Assembly: GCA_024231905.1 (NCBI GenBank)
Contig: JAAEQC010000092.1
Coordinates: 88,726-152,725, forward strand
Length of the DNA: 64,000 bases
Reading direction: 5' to 3'
Origin: a bacterium
Lineage (GTDB): Bacteria; Krumholzibacteriota; Krumholzibacteriia; LZORAL124-64-63
The position numbers and the translations under genes are program-made. Shown here in pieces: positions 28,097 through 36,773 of the stretch (positions are counted from its first letter, which is position 1; each line of letters starts with the position of its first letter). The notes beneath the pieces are model-generated. The model ran no database searches, had not been told where the DNA came from, and worked only from the letters and a program-made list of their open reading frames with translations.

Positions 28097-28654
28097 ATGG
28101 TCCGCCTGTCCGCCCTTTTGATCTTCATTCTCGTCCTGGCCGGATGTGGCTCCGGGGACGGCACAGCCCAAGGCACCACCAAAGTGGTGGAGGGCGTACC
28201 CGCGTCGTCGACCCAGTCCGCCCTGGCCCTGCCCGATTTCAACCTGGAGCGGATCGGCGGCGGCCACGTGCGCCTCTCGAGTCTGCGGGGCAAGATCGTG
28301 GTCCTCGACTTCTGGGACACCTGGTGCCCGCCCTGCCGCCAGGCCATGCCGCACCTGCAGCAGCTGAGCAACGAGTTCCCGGACGACGTGGTGGTCGTGG
28401 GCGTGGCCATGGGGCGCAACGGCAAACCGGCCGTGGAGACCTTCGTCAAGCAATACGGCCTGACCTTCCCGGTGGTCCTGATGGACGAGAAGTTCGACGC
28501 GGTCCGGGCCTTCGCGCCCTACGGCGGCGTCAACAGCCTGCCCACGACCTTCATCATCGACACCGAGGGCGTGGTGAAGCAGCAGATCGTGGGTTTCAAT
28601 CCCCGTGAGACGGATGTCTACGAGACGGCCGTTCGCCAGCTCATCGGCGCCTGA
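28097..28654 (+). CDS. TlpA-like thioredoxin-fold lipoprotein (AhpC/TSA/redoxin family)
   Basis: ATG 28097. Lipobox LVLAGC. VVLDFWDTWCPPCRQAMPHL active site. Confidence 0.8.
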   Translation: MVRLSALLIFILVLAGCGSGDGTAQGTTKVVEGVPASSTQSALALPDFNLERIGGGHVRLSSLRGKIVVLDFWDTWCPPCRQAMPHLQQLSNEFPDDVVVVGVAMGRNGKPAVETFVKQYGLTFPVVLMDEKFDAVRAFAPYGGVNSLPTTFIIDTEGVVKQQIVGFNPRETDVYETAVRQLIGA

Positions 28655-28670
28655 GGGCGGGAGGTATCCA

Positions 28671-29054
28671 GTGCGCAACCTCCTGCTCGTAGGTCTGGCC
28701 GGCGGCGCCGGCGCCATGAGCCGCTATGCCGTGGGGCTGTTGGCGGTGCGTGCCCTCGGCGACCGCTTCGCCTACGGTACTTTGGCGGTGAACGTGGTGG
28801 GCTGTCTCCTGCTGGGGGTCCTCCTGGAGATCGACCGCCACACGGGCGCGGTGGGCCACCCGTTGCGACTCCTGGCGGCCGTCGGCTTTCTCGGCGCTTT
28901 CACCACCTTCTCGACCTTCGGCTACGAGACCTTTCGCTACGTAGCGGACGGGTCCACGGACCTGGCGCTGCTGAACGTCACGGCCAATCTGGTACTGGGG
29001 CTGGGGGGCGTTTGGCTGGGTTGGTGGCTGGCGCGGGGGCTGGTGGTTTCCTGA
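28671..29054 (+). CDS. crcB: fluoride ion channel CrcB/FluC
   Basis: GTG 28671 after GGGCGGGAGG. GGAGAMSRY, YGTLAVNVVGCLLLG and GFLGAFTTFSTF signatures. 127 aa. Confidence 0.85.
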   Translation: MRNLLLVGLAGGAGAMSRYAVGLLAVRALGDRFAYGTLAVNVVGCLLLGVLLEIDRHTGAVGHPLRLLAAVGFLGAFTTFSTFGYETFRYVADGSTDLALLNVTANLVLGLGGVWLGWWLARGLVVS

Positions 29055-29281
29055 TCGATCCTACTGGACAGAGAACGACCCCCGGCCTGGTGCGAACCTT
29101 GGAGCCGGGGGCCTAGACACTCGTAATCATTTACGCAGCCACCAAAAGAGATCAACAAGCGTCATGACCATCAAGATCGCGACTTCCGTGCCCATGCTGA
29201 CCCCCCCTTTCCGCCGTTGAGGTGATCGGTCGTGCGGACTGTTCAGGCATCGGCCGATCGTTCCCCTGCTTGAGGAAATCT

Positions 29282-31858
29282 TCAGTCGCGGGGCAACCCG
29301 CGATGATCGACACGATCCCTCCCTGCTTGAGCAAGAAGAGGACCGTTGGTCGTTTTTTCTTTCAACTCTTTGATATGTAACAACATGGCGGTCATGTCGT
29401 CACCCTCGCCACCCTGCCCGAAGTGTCTGACCTCGGTAAAAATCGCGTCGAGGAGATCCTGTGGAGCGACATCTGCGCGGCTGGACACGGCGGCCATGAG
29501 GCGTTCCTCGTCGTAGAATTCACCCGCGTCGTTGCGCTGATCGGCCAAACCGTCCGTGCGCAGGAAGAGGCGGTCGCCCCCCTGGAGGGTGAGCGCTCCT
29601 TCCCGGTACGCATGATCCGCCACGGCTCCCAGGACGGGCCCCCCTTTTCGCAGGATGTCGTACCAATCCTGGCCCTGCCGGAAGAGGACCGGTGGATCCA
29701 TGCCCGCGTTGCAGTAGCGCAAGAGGCCCGATTCAGGTTCCCAGATGGCGCAGAAGAAGCAAACGAAACGACCCGGCGCGATGTGGGCGCCCAGGGCGGC
29801 GTTGAGGCGGTTCGCCACCGCCGCCGGGCGCAGGCGCGCCTCGGCCTCCCGGCGGAAGCCGGTGCAGAGGGAGGTCATGAGCAGGGCCGCGGGGATGCCC
29901 TTGCCCGCCACGTCCGCGATGGCCAGGACCAGGCTGCCGTCCTCGCGCAGGAAGAAGTCGAAGAAGTCGCCGCCCACGCGCCGGCTGGGCTCGTGCCGGC
30001 CGGCCACCACGAAGCGGGGCGTTTCCAGCGGACCCACGGGCAACAGGCTCGACTGGATACCCCGGGCCACCTCGATCTCCGTCTCGAGCTTCTGGCGCTG
30101 CAAGCTGTCGTGGTAGAAGTGCCGGCTCTCCAGGACCGAAGCGGCCTGGACCGCCAGAACCCTCAGGTTGGCCAGGTCCTCCTGGGTGTAGAGGATGTCG
30201 CCCCGCTTGGGACCGAAGGCCAGGAAACCCACCAGCCGGTTGCCGCCCACCAAGGGGACGGCCAGAAGGGCGCCGGAGCGGGTCAACGTGGCCAGGGAAT
30301 CGGCGTCACTGCCGGTGCCCAGGAGCAGGTCTTCCAATTCCTCGGTGAAGACGGGTCGGCGCAGGCGGTGGAGCAGGCGGGCCAGGGCGCTGGCCGGAGA
30401 CAGGGCGTCCTGGCCGCCGTTCGTGCCCAGGACCTGCAGCGGTTGGTCCGGCCCCTCGCTCAGGTAGAGCGCGAGTCGTTGCGGGCGGTAGAGCTCCGTG
30501 AGGCTGTCCAGCAATTCGGTGGCCATGTCCTCGGTGGCAACCAGGCTGCTGAGCCGGTCGGCGAGGGCGACCATGGCTCGACGGTGAACCTGCCGTTCCG
30601 GGTAGAAGGCGCGGTCGATCCAGCCCTGGACCGCCTGGCGCAGGGGCTGGATGACCAGTCCGCCACCGGCGGCGATGGCCAGGAGCACGGGGAAGGTCGA
30701 GACGTTGAAGGTCCGCGCCAGGGCTGTGCCCAGGACGACCACCCCGGCGAAGTAGCCAGCCAGCAGCAGGAGCGTCAGGGCGCCGTAGACCAGGCCGGTA
30801 CGGACGATGAACGTGCGGTCGATGGCGCCGTAGCGCAGGATGGCCAGGGCGAAGCTGCTGGGCACGAGGATCACCGATAGGCTCAGATACTGCACGGGAC
30901 CGGCGATGCGCACGGGGGTGGCCTCGCCCACCAGCACCACGCCCAGGAAGGGGACCAGGCCCAGCAGGAGCCCGCCGAACACCACCAGCAGCTTGGTACG
31001 CTGGATCGGGCGATCCTTGCGCACGGCGTGACGGGCGAAGATGACGAGCCCGGTGAGCACGAAGGTGAGCATGTAGAAGAGGATCACCGTCCCCAGGATC
31101 ATCTCCACCGGGCTGCCGGCCGGGGCCGGGTGCCAGATCTCGTTGGCGGCGGAGGCCAGCAAGAGTACGGCCGCGGGCAGGAAGAGCAGCGGCGCGCGCG
31201 GCCCCGCCCAGCGCGGTCCCAGGCGGCGGCCCCCGCCCGGGAACCCCAGGAAGAAGCGCAGGAAGAAGGCAGGCAGCAGCAGTTGCAGCAGGAGACGCAG
31301 GTACTCCTTGGCATACATGTAGACCGTGTCGTCCAGGTCGGGCACGTCCACCAGGAAGAACGCGAAGATGAAGCAGAGAGAGAAGAAGGTGCGCGTCACC
31401 GGATCGTCGCGCCTCCACAGCACCCACCAGCCGATGGCCAGGAAGCTCAAGCCCACGGTCCACAGGCAGTAGTGGCGGATCATGGTGGGCTGGTCCGGGG
31501 AACCCTGCGGCACGGAGATTTCGACCACCTCCACCGCGCGGGTCAATACCAGACCCAGGGCCACGGCTTGCCGGTCATTGGCCATGGCCGAATAGTATTC
31601 CCGCATGTCGGCCACGGGGCGGTCGCCGACGGTGGCGATGCGATCACCCACCTGCATGCCGGCCTGATCGGCAGGGCCGCCCGGTCGAACCGTCACGACC
31701 TCGAGCCGATGAACGGCAAAGCCGCGGTCCTGGCGTTCGGCGATGTGGATGGCCACGGGCAGGGAGAGGGCTACGAGCGCCGGGGCCAGGAGAAACAGGC
31801 CCAGGCGGCGCAGGAGCGCGCGATGGGGGCGGGCGGTCTGGTGAAGCGATCGGTTCAT
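29282..31858 (-). CDS. membrane-bound PP2C/SpoIIE-family phosphatase with periplasmic PDZ, multi-TM block and GAF domain
   Basis: PDZ-like VVTVRPGGPADQAGMQVGDRIATVGDRPV after the first TM. About 8 hydrophobic segments. GAF-like LLAVPLVGGNRLVGFLAFGPK. SpoIIE motifs RVGGDFFDF, IADVAGKGIPAALLM and LRTDGL. Confidence 0.8.
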   Translation of the reverse strand: MNRSLHQTARPHRALLRRLGLFLLAPALVALSLPVAIHIAERQDRGFAVHRLEVVTVRPGGPADQAGMQVGDRIATVGDRPVADMREYYSAMANDRQAVALGLVLTRAVEVVEISVPQGSPDQPTMIRHYCLWTVGLSFLAIGWWVLWRRDDPVTRTFFSLCFIFAFFLVDVPDLDDTVYMYAKEYLRLLLQLLLPAFFLRFFLGFPGGGRRLGPRWAGPRAPLLFLPAAVLLLASAANEIWHPAPAGSPVEMILGTVILFYMLTFVLTGLVIFARHAVRKDRPIQRTKLLVVFGGLLLGLVPFLGVVLVGEATPVRIAGPVQYLSLSVILVPSSFALAILRYGAIDRTFIVRTGLVYGALTLLLLAGYFAGVVVLGTALARTFNVSTFPVLLAIAAGGGLVIQPLRQAVQGWIDRAFYPERQVHRRAMVALADRLSSLVATEDMATELLDSLTELYRPQRLALYLSEGPDQPLQVLGTNGGQDALSPASALARLLHRLRRPVFTEELEDLLLGTGSDADSLATLTRSGALLAVPLVGGNRLVGFLAFGPKRGDILYTQEDLANLRVLAVQAASVLESRHFYHDSLQRQKLETEIEVARGIQSSLLPVGPLETPRFVVAGRHEPSRRVGGDFFDFFLREDGSLVLAIADVAGKGIPAALLMTSLCTGFRREAEARLRPAAVANRLNAALGAHIAPGRFVCFFCAIWEPESGLLRYCNAGMDPPVLFRQGQDWYDILRKGGPVLGAVADHAYREGALTLQGGDRLFLRTDGLADQRNDAGEFYDEERLMAAVSSRADVAPQDLLDAIFTEVRHFGQGGEGDDMTAMLLHIKELKEKTTNGPLLAQAGRDRVDHRGLPRD

Positions 31859-31935
31859 GGGAACCTTTCGACTGGCGAATGCTCCCGGATGCTACCACGG
31901 CCCGGCAGCAGGAGCCACTGCTGACGGGAGAGACG

Positions 31936-31968
31936 AAAAAGAGCGCCGCCCGGCGGGCGGCGCTCTTT
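31936..31968 (-). terminator. rho-independent terminator after exported hypothetical gene
   Basis: GC-rich stem gagcgccgcc(c) / (g)ggcggcgctc with a short loop. On the minus strand it is followed by TTTTT. Confidence 0.7.
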
Positions 31969-31988
31969 CAGATATCTCCTGCGACTGA

Positions 31989-32585
31989 TCAGCGGTACAA
32001 CGACTTCACCGAGCCCCAGGTCATGTCTTCGACAGGCACGGCGCAGTCACCGTTGATGGTGGCCACCGGAATGTCGGGACCGCCGGTGGGCTGCTGCAGG
32101 GCCTTGATGATGTTGTAGTCGTCGCCGTCCAGATAGGCGGGATAGCCACTTTCCAGGGACGGGTTGAAGATACCGTCGATGTAGAAGTTCACCGGCTCGG
32201 TCTCGCTGGTCAGCACGAGTTGGAAGCGGGCGGCGATGACCGCAGGGTAGGTGAACGGATTGTAGATCGGCGTGCCGATGCCCACATAGAACTGGGGCGG
32301 CGTCAGGAAGTTGACCGAATCGCCCATGACTTCCCAGCTACCGACGATGGCGGGCCCGTCATAGGTGACGTGAGCTTCCCAACCGCCGACGGCGGCGCTC
32401 GTCGGGTGCGTGATGACCACGTAGCCCCACTGGGGAGTCGGGCTCGCATCCATGGGAATGCAATTCACGCAAGCGCAGGGATCGAAGTACACTCCGATAC
32501 CGTCCCTATCGGGATCGATCGGGTCCGCAAGGACAGAACCGGCGCAGAGGACGCTAGTGAGGACCAAGACGGCGAGAACTTTCAT
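31989..32585 (-). CDS. exported hypothetical protein ending in TWGSVKSLYR
   Basis: ATG 32585 with GGGGGG 6 nt upstream (the ORF-track TTG 32591 is less likely). Signal peptide MKVLAVLVLTSVLCAGSVLA|DP. No family recognised. Confidence 0.55.
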   Translation of the reverse strand: MKVLAVLVLTSVLCAGSVLADPIDPDRDGIGVYFDPCACVNCIPMDASPTPQWGYVVITHPTSAAVGGWEAHVTYDGPAIVGSWEVMGDSVNFLTPPQFYVGIGTPIYNPFTYPAVIAARFQLVLTSETEPVNFYIDGIFNPSLESGYPAYLDGDDYNIIKALQQPTGGPDIPVATINGDCAVPVEDMTWGSVKSLYR

Positions 32586-32918
32586 GTGCAACCCCCCTAA
32601 AAATCAGTCGATACGCACGAATCGAATTCGTTCATCCGCGAACGTACCGCAAATGGATGGACGTGAAAAGCCTTTTTTTGAAAAAAACAAGCGAAATTCA
32701 AGGGTTTTGGTTGGAAATCCCCGGTTCGGAACCGGGGATGTTGCAGTTTGGTGACGGGAGCACGCCCACGAGGAGTCATGGGGAACGAAAGGACCTTCTG
32801 CGCTGCGAGAGGGAGGGCTACCGGCCGTTGCCCACGTCCCTGCCAGGTGTTAGATTCTCCGTTCGCAACGATCTCGACGACCCGAGCCGGTCCTGACGAC
32901 CAGTGAGCGAGCGGATCC

Positions 32919-35687
32919 GTGGACGAAATCAGGAATCTGGCCCAGTACAGTCCCGAGGGGATCGAGCAGAAGTGGTACAAGGCGTGGGACGAGGCCGGGC
33001 TCTTCGCGCCGGCGGACGACGCCGACAGTGAACCCTTCGTCATCACCCTGCCGCCGCCCAATGTGACGGGCATCCTGCACATGGGCCACTGCCTGGGCAA
33101 TTCCATCCAGGACACTCTCATCCGCTGGGCGCGCATGCGCGGCTACGCCACCCTGTGGGTGCCGGGCACCGATCATGCCAGCATCGCCACCGAACAGGTG
33201 GTTTCGCGTCAGATGGCCGCCGAAGGCCTGGACAAGCGGCAACTGGGCCGGGAAGCCTTCCTGGAGCGGGCATGGACCTGGAAGGAGCACACCCACGGGC
33301 GCATCACCCGCCAGGTCAAGCGCCTCGGCTGCTCCCTGGACTGGTCCTGCGAGGCCTTCACCATGGACGCGGCCCGAAACCGGGCCGTCACCGAAGCTTT
33401 CGTGGCCCTCAAGGAGAAAGGTCTCATCTACCGGGATGTCTACCTGGTGAACTGGTGCCCCCACTGTCTGACGGCCATCAGTGACGACGAGGTGGAGCAC
33501 GTGGAGAAGCAAGGCACCATGTGGCGCCTGCGCTATCCCCTGGCTGACGGCGACGGCCACGTGACCGTAGCCACCACCCGTCCGGAGACCATGTTCGGCG
33601 ACACGGCCGTGGCAGTGCATCCGGAGGACCCGGAGCGCAAGCACCTCATCGGCCGTATGGTCAGCCTGCCCCTGGTGGACCGGGAGATCCCCGTCATCGG
33701 CGACCATCACGCCGACCCCGAGAAGGGCACGGGTTTCGTGAAGATCACCCCGGCCCACGATCCCAACGACTTCGAGGTAGGCCGCCGCCAGGACCTGCCG
33801 CAGGTCATCTGCATGGACGAGCACGGGGTCATGAACGAGAACGCGGGCCCGGTGCAGGGACTGGACCGTTTCGCCGCCCGCAAGGAGACCCTGCGCCTGC
33901 TGGAGGAGGCCGGTCTCTTCGACGGCAAAGAGAAGAACGTCCACCAGGTGGGTCACCACGATCGCTGCGGCAACATCATCGAGCCGTACCTGTCCAAGCA
34001 GTGGTTCCTGAAGATGGATGACCTGGCCAAGCCCGCGGTCAGGGCGGTGGAGGACGGGGAGATCACCCTCTTTCCCGAACGCTGGGTGGGGGTGTACCAC
34101 AACTGGATGCGCAACATCCGCGACTGGTGCATCAGCCGCCAGCTCTGGTGGGGACACCGTATTCCCGTCTGGTACTGCGGCGGCTGCGGCGAGGAGATCG
34201 CTGCCACGGCTGCGCCCGAGGTCTGCCCGTCCTGTGGCGGCACCGAACTGACCCAGGACGAGGATGTCCTCGACACCTGGTTCAGCAGCTGGTTGTGGAC
34301 CTTCTCGCCCCTGGGCTGGCCCGATCGCACCGGCGACCTGGAGCGCTTCCATCCCACGACGGTCATGGTCACCGCGGCGGACATCATCTTCTTCTGGGTC
34401 GCCCGCATGATCATGGCGAGCTACGAATTTCTGGGGGAGAAGCCCTTCGGCGAAGTGCTCTTCACGGGTATCGTACGCGACGGCGAGGGCCGCAAGATGA
34501 GTAAGTCCCTGGGCAACAGTCCTGACCCCGTCGACCTCATGGACCAGTACGGCGCCGACGCCCTGCGCTGCTCCCTGGTCATGCTCACGCCCACGGGACA
34601 GGACATCTTCTTCGACGAGACCACCCTCGAAGTGGGTCGGAACTTCTGCAACAAGATCTTCCAGGCCACAAAACTCGTGCTCGGTTCCTGGGACGAGGCC
34701 GGCCTCGAAGCCGCGGTCGGACAGGCGCCGCGCACCCTGGACCTGGCCGAAGTGGCGCCGGCGACGGACTTCGCCGAGCGTCCGGCTCTGGCCTTCGCCG
34801 CTGCCTGGCGAGGGGTCTTCGGAGGCGATCTCCCGGTGGCCGTTACCGATGAGGACCTGCACCTGGAGGACCGCTGGATCCTGGCGCGCCTGTTCGCTAC
34901 CGCTGCGGCCGCCGATGGGAACCTGGAGAAACGCCGGCTCAACGACGCCGCCTACGGCGCCTTCAACTTTTTCCGCCACGAATTCTGTGACTGGTATCTG
35001 GAAGCGGCCAAGCCGCGCATGCGTGACGAGGAGCGCCGCGGACCGGCCCTCTGTGTGGCCCTGCTGAACCTGGGTGTGGCCTACAAGCTGTTGCACCCGG
35101 TCATGCCGTTCATCACAGAGGAACTGTGGAGCTGGCTCCCGCCGGCGAACGGCCACCTCATGACGTCCTCCTTTCCGCGATGCACCGGCGCGGTGCCCTT
35201 CGCCGCGGAAGCGGCCGAATTCGCCTCCGTCATGGAAGTGGTGACGGTGGTGAGGAACCTCCGCAACGAACTGGGCGTACAGCCGGGCAAGCGCGGCCGG
35301 GCCGTGCTGCGGGTGCCGTCGGCGGCCGAGGTGGACCCGCTGGCTGCCGGTGGGCCGCTGATCGCCCTGCTGGCCAAGCTGGAGGACGTGGCTGTCGTGT
35401 GCGGCGGTGCGGATCCCGAGCCGGCCGGCGCCGGACTGGCCGGCACGGTGGAGGTCTTCCTGCCCATGGCCGGGTTGATCGACCTGGACAAGGAGCGGGC
35501 GCGCCTGGAGAAGGAACTGGCCCGGATCGAGGGCTGGCTCAAGGGGTGCCGGGCTAAACTGGCCAACGAGAAGTTCACGGCCAACGCCCCCGATCACGTG
35601 GTGCAAAAGCAACGGGACCTGCTGGCGGATAACGAGGATGCGGCGGCCAAGCTCAGGGAACGCCTGGCAAGCCTGGCGAACGGTTGA
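32919..35687 (+). CDS. valS: valine-tRNA ligase
   Basis: PPPNVTGILHMGH (HIGH), GRKMSKSLGNS (KMSKS) and a coiled-coil C-terminus. 922 aa. Confidence 0.95.
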   Translation: MDEIRNLAQYSPEGIEQKWYKAWDEAGLFAPADDADSEPFVITLPPPNVTGILHMGHCLGNSIQDTLIRWARMRGYATLWVPGTDHASIATEQVVSRQMAAEGLDKRQLGREAFLERAWTWKEHTHGRITRQVKRLGCSLDWSCEAFTMDAARNRAVTEAFVALKEKGLIYRDVYLVNWCPHCLTAISDDEVEHVEKQGTMWRLRYPLADGDGHVTVATTRPETMFGDTAVAVHPEDPERKHLIGRMVSLPLVDREIPVIGDHHADPEKGTGFVKITPAHDPNDFEVGRRQDLPQVICMDEHGVMNENAGPVQGLDRFAARKETLRLLEEAGLFDGKEKNVHQVGHHDRCGNIIEPYLSKQWFLKMDDLAKPAVRAVEDGEITLFPERWVGVYHNWMRNIRDWCISRQLWWGHRIPVWYCGGCGEEIAATAAPEVCPSCGGTELTQDEDVLDTWFSSWLWTFSPLGWPDRTGDLERFHPTTVMVTAADIIFFWVARMIMASYEFLGEKPFGEVLFTGIVRDGEGRKMSKSLGNSPDPVDLMDQYGADALRCSLVMLTPTGQDIFFDETTLEVGRNFCNKIFQATKLVLGSWDEAGLEAAVGQAPRTLDLAEVAPATDFAERPALAFAAAWRGVFGGDLPVAVTDEDLHLEDRWILARLFATAAAADGNLEKRRLNDAAYGAFNFFRHEFCDWYLEAAKPRMRDEERRGPALCVALLNLGVAYKLLHPVMPFITEELWSWLPPANGHLMTSSFPRCTGAVPFAAEAAEFASVMEVVTVVRNLRNELGVQPGKRGRAVLRVPSAAEVDPLAAGGPLIALLAKLEDVAVVCGGADPEPAGAGLAGTVEVFLPMAGLIDLDKERARLEKELARIEGWLKGCRAKLANEKFTANAPDHVVQKQRDLLADNEDAAAKLRERLASLANG

Positions 35688-35754
35688 ACCGCCGTTGCAG
35701 CCGGGCTGGCTACCGCCGGCTGAACAGGACATGGAATCCGGATAGGAGTCTGCC

Positions 35755-36771
35755 ATGACCGCCGATGACCTCCTGCGCACGCCGGGCGAGATCCTGGTGG
35801 CGGCCCGCAAGAAAACGGGCCTGTCCCTGGACGAACTGGCCGAGCGCACCAAGATCGCTCCGCCCATGCTCGAAGCCATTGAGCGGGACGAGTACCACCG
35901 TCTGTCCGATCCCCTCTACGTGAAAAGCTTCTTGCGAGCCTACGCCGTCGAGGTGGGTCTCGATCCTAACGAGGTGCTGGATCTGCACACGCGGTCCACC
36001 GGCGGGGGATCGCCGGCTCCCGGTCCCGACGGCGTTTGGGTGGAAAAGACGGTTACCATCAACCGGGTCGGCCTGCCCTGGGGGCGGATCGTACCCTTGG
36101 CGGCGGGGGTTGTGTTGGGTGTGGTGGTCATCGCCCTGCTGATCCGTGGTTGCGGGGGCGATTCCCCCGATTCCGGAGCAGCTGTGGACCAGCCTCTGGA
36201 TCCGGCTGCCGGTGCGGTGGCTCAGCGTGAATCTCTGCTGGCCCCGACGGCGGAATCCGTGGCGGATGCCGGGGAATTGCCGGCGAGCGACCAGGATTCC
36301 GCGCCCGGGGACCCGGGCGCCGAAGAGCCTGCCGCCATGCGGGTGGAAGCCGACCCGCAGCCCGTGGCGACGACGCCCGCGCCGCTGCCGGCCCGCCAGC
36401 TGCCGACGGCTCTGGCCGGCGACCCGGACCTGAACATGGCCGGCCCCTACCGCGGCGACCTGGTGTTGCGCGTCCTGGCCACCGGCCCGGCGCGAGTGCG
36501 GGTGCGGCGGGACGGCGAGCACGTCTACCGCACCGTGGACCTGGCCGGCGACGGCACGGATGAGGACCCCCTGCCCGCGCAGGGCGTGGTGCCGGGCCGC
36601 GCGTACGCGGTGCGGGAGGGCAGCGTTGTTTACTGGCGGGCCCGCGACCATTTCAGCCTGAAACTGGATCCCATCGACGGTGTGTCCGTGGCCGTGAACG
36701 GCCGCGAGCGGGACCTGAGCCGGCTGCGTCCTGGCCAGGAGATGATCCTCGACGCCCACGCGGCCGATTAG
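35755..36771 (+). CDS. RodZ-like cytoskeleton/shape protein (HTH, single TM, DUF4115-like C-terminus)
   Basis: N-terminal [52 protein letters not shown] segment [19 protein letters not shown]. Beta-rich C-terminal domain. Confidence 0.7.
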   Translation: MTADDLLRTPGEILVAARKKTGLSLDELAERTKIAPPMLEAIERDEYHRLSDPLYVKSFLRAYAVEVGLDPNEVLDLHTRSTGGGSPAPGPDGVWVEKTVTINRVGLPWGRIVPLAAGVVLGVVVIALLIRGCGGDSPDSGAAVDQPLDPAAGAVAQRESLLAPTAESVADAGELPASDQDSAPGDPGAEEPAAMRVEADPQPVATTPAPLPARQLPTALAGDPDLNMAGPYRGDLVLRVLATGPARVRVRRDGEHVYRTVDLAGDGTDEDPLPAQGVVPGRAYAVREGSVVYWRARDHFSLKLDPIDGVSVAVNGRERDLSRLRPGQEMILDAHAAD

Positions 36772-36773
36772 CC

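Noticed and set aside
26063-28717. An 884-aa ORF suggesting a much longer DsbD.
   Set aside because: The N-terminal 290 codons run through the divergent promoter region and antisense across the TlpA-like gene. A proper signal peptide begins at ATG 27847, so the extension is not coding.
29152-29334. A 60-aa minus-strand ORF overlapping the 3' end of the phosphatase gene.
   Set aside because: It overlaps the SpoIIE-type CDS, has no RBS and has an odd composition. Only the separate 22-codon ORF in another frame has a Shine-Dalgarno-like sequence, and that one is reported as a low-confidence finding.
32850-35879. A 1009-aa ORF on the minus strand. Similar very long antisense or alternate-frame ORFs lie at 9978-12581, 41794-43953, 53585-55900, 60241-61878, 47797-49689 and 811-1890.
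   Set aside because: They lie antisense to, or out of frame with, unmistakable genes (valS, the SprA-like gene, groEL, the mrfA-like gene, ParA-CBM, folBK and others). Their translations are Arg/Gly/Pro/Ala-rich with no motifs. Long spurious ORFs like these are expected in GC-rich DNA, where stop codons are rare.
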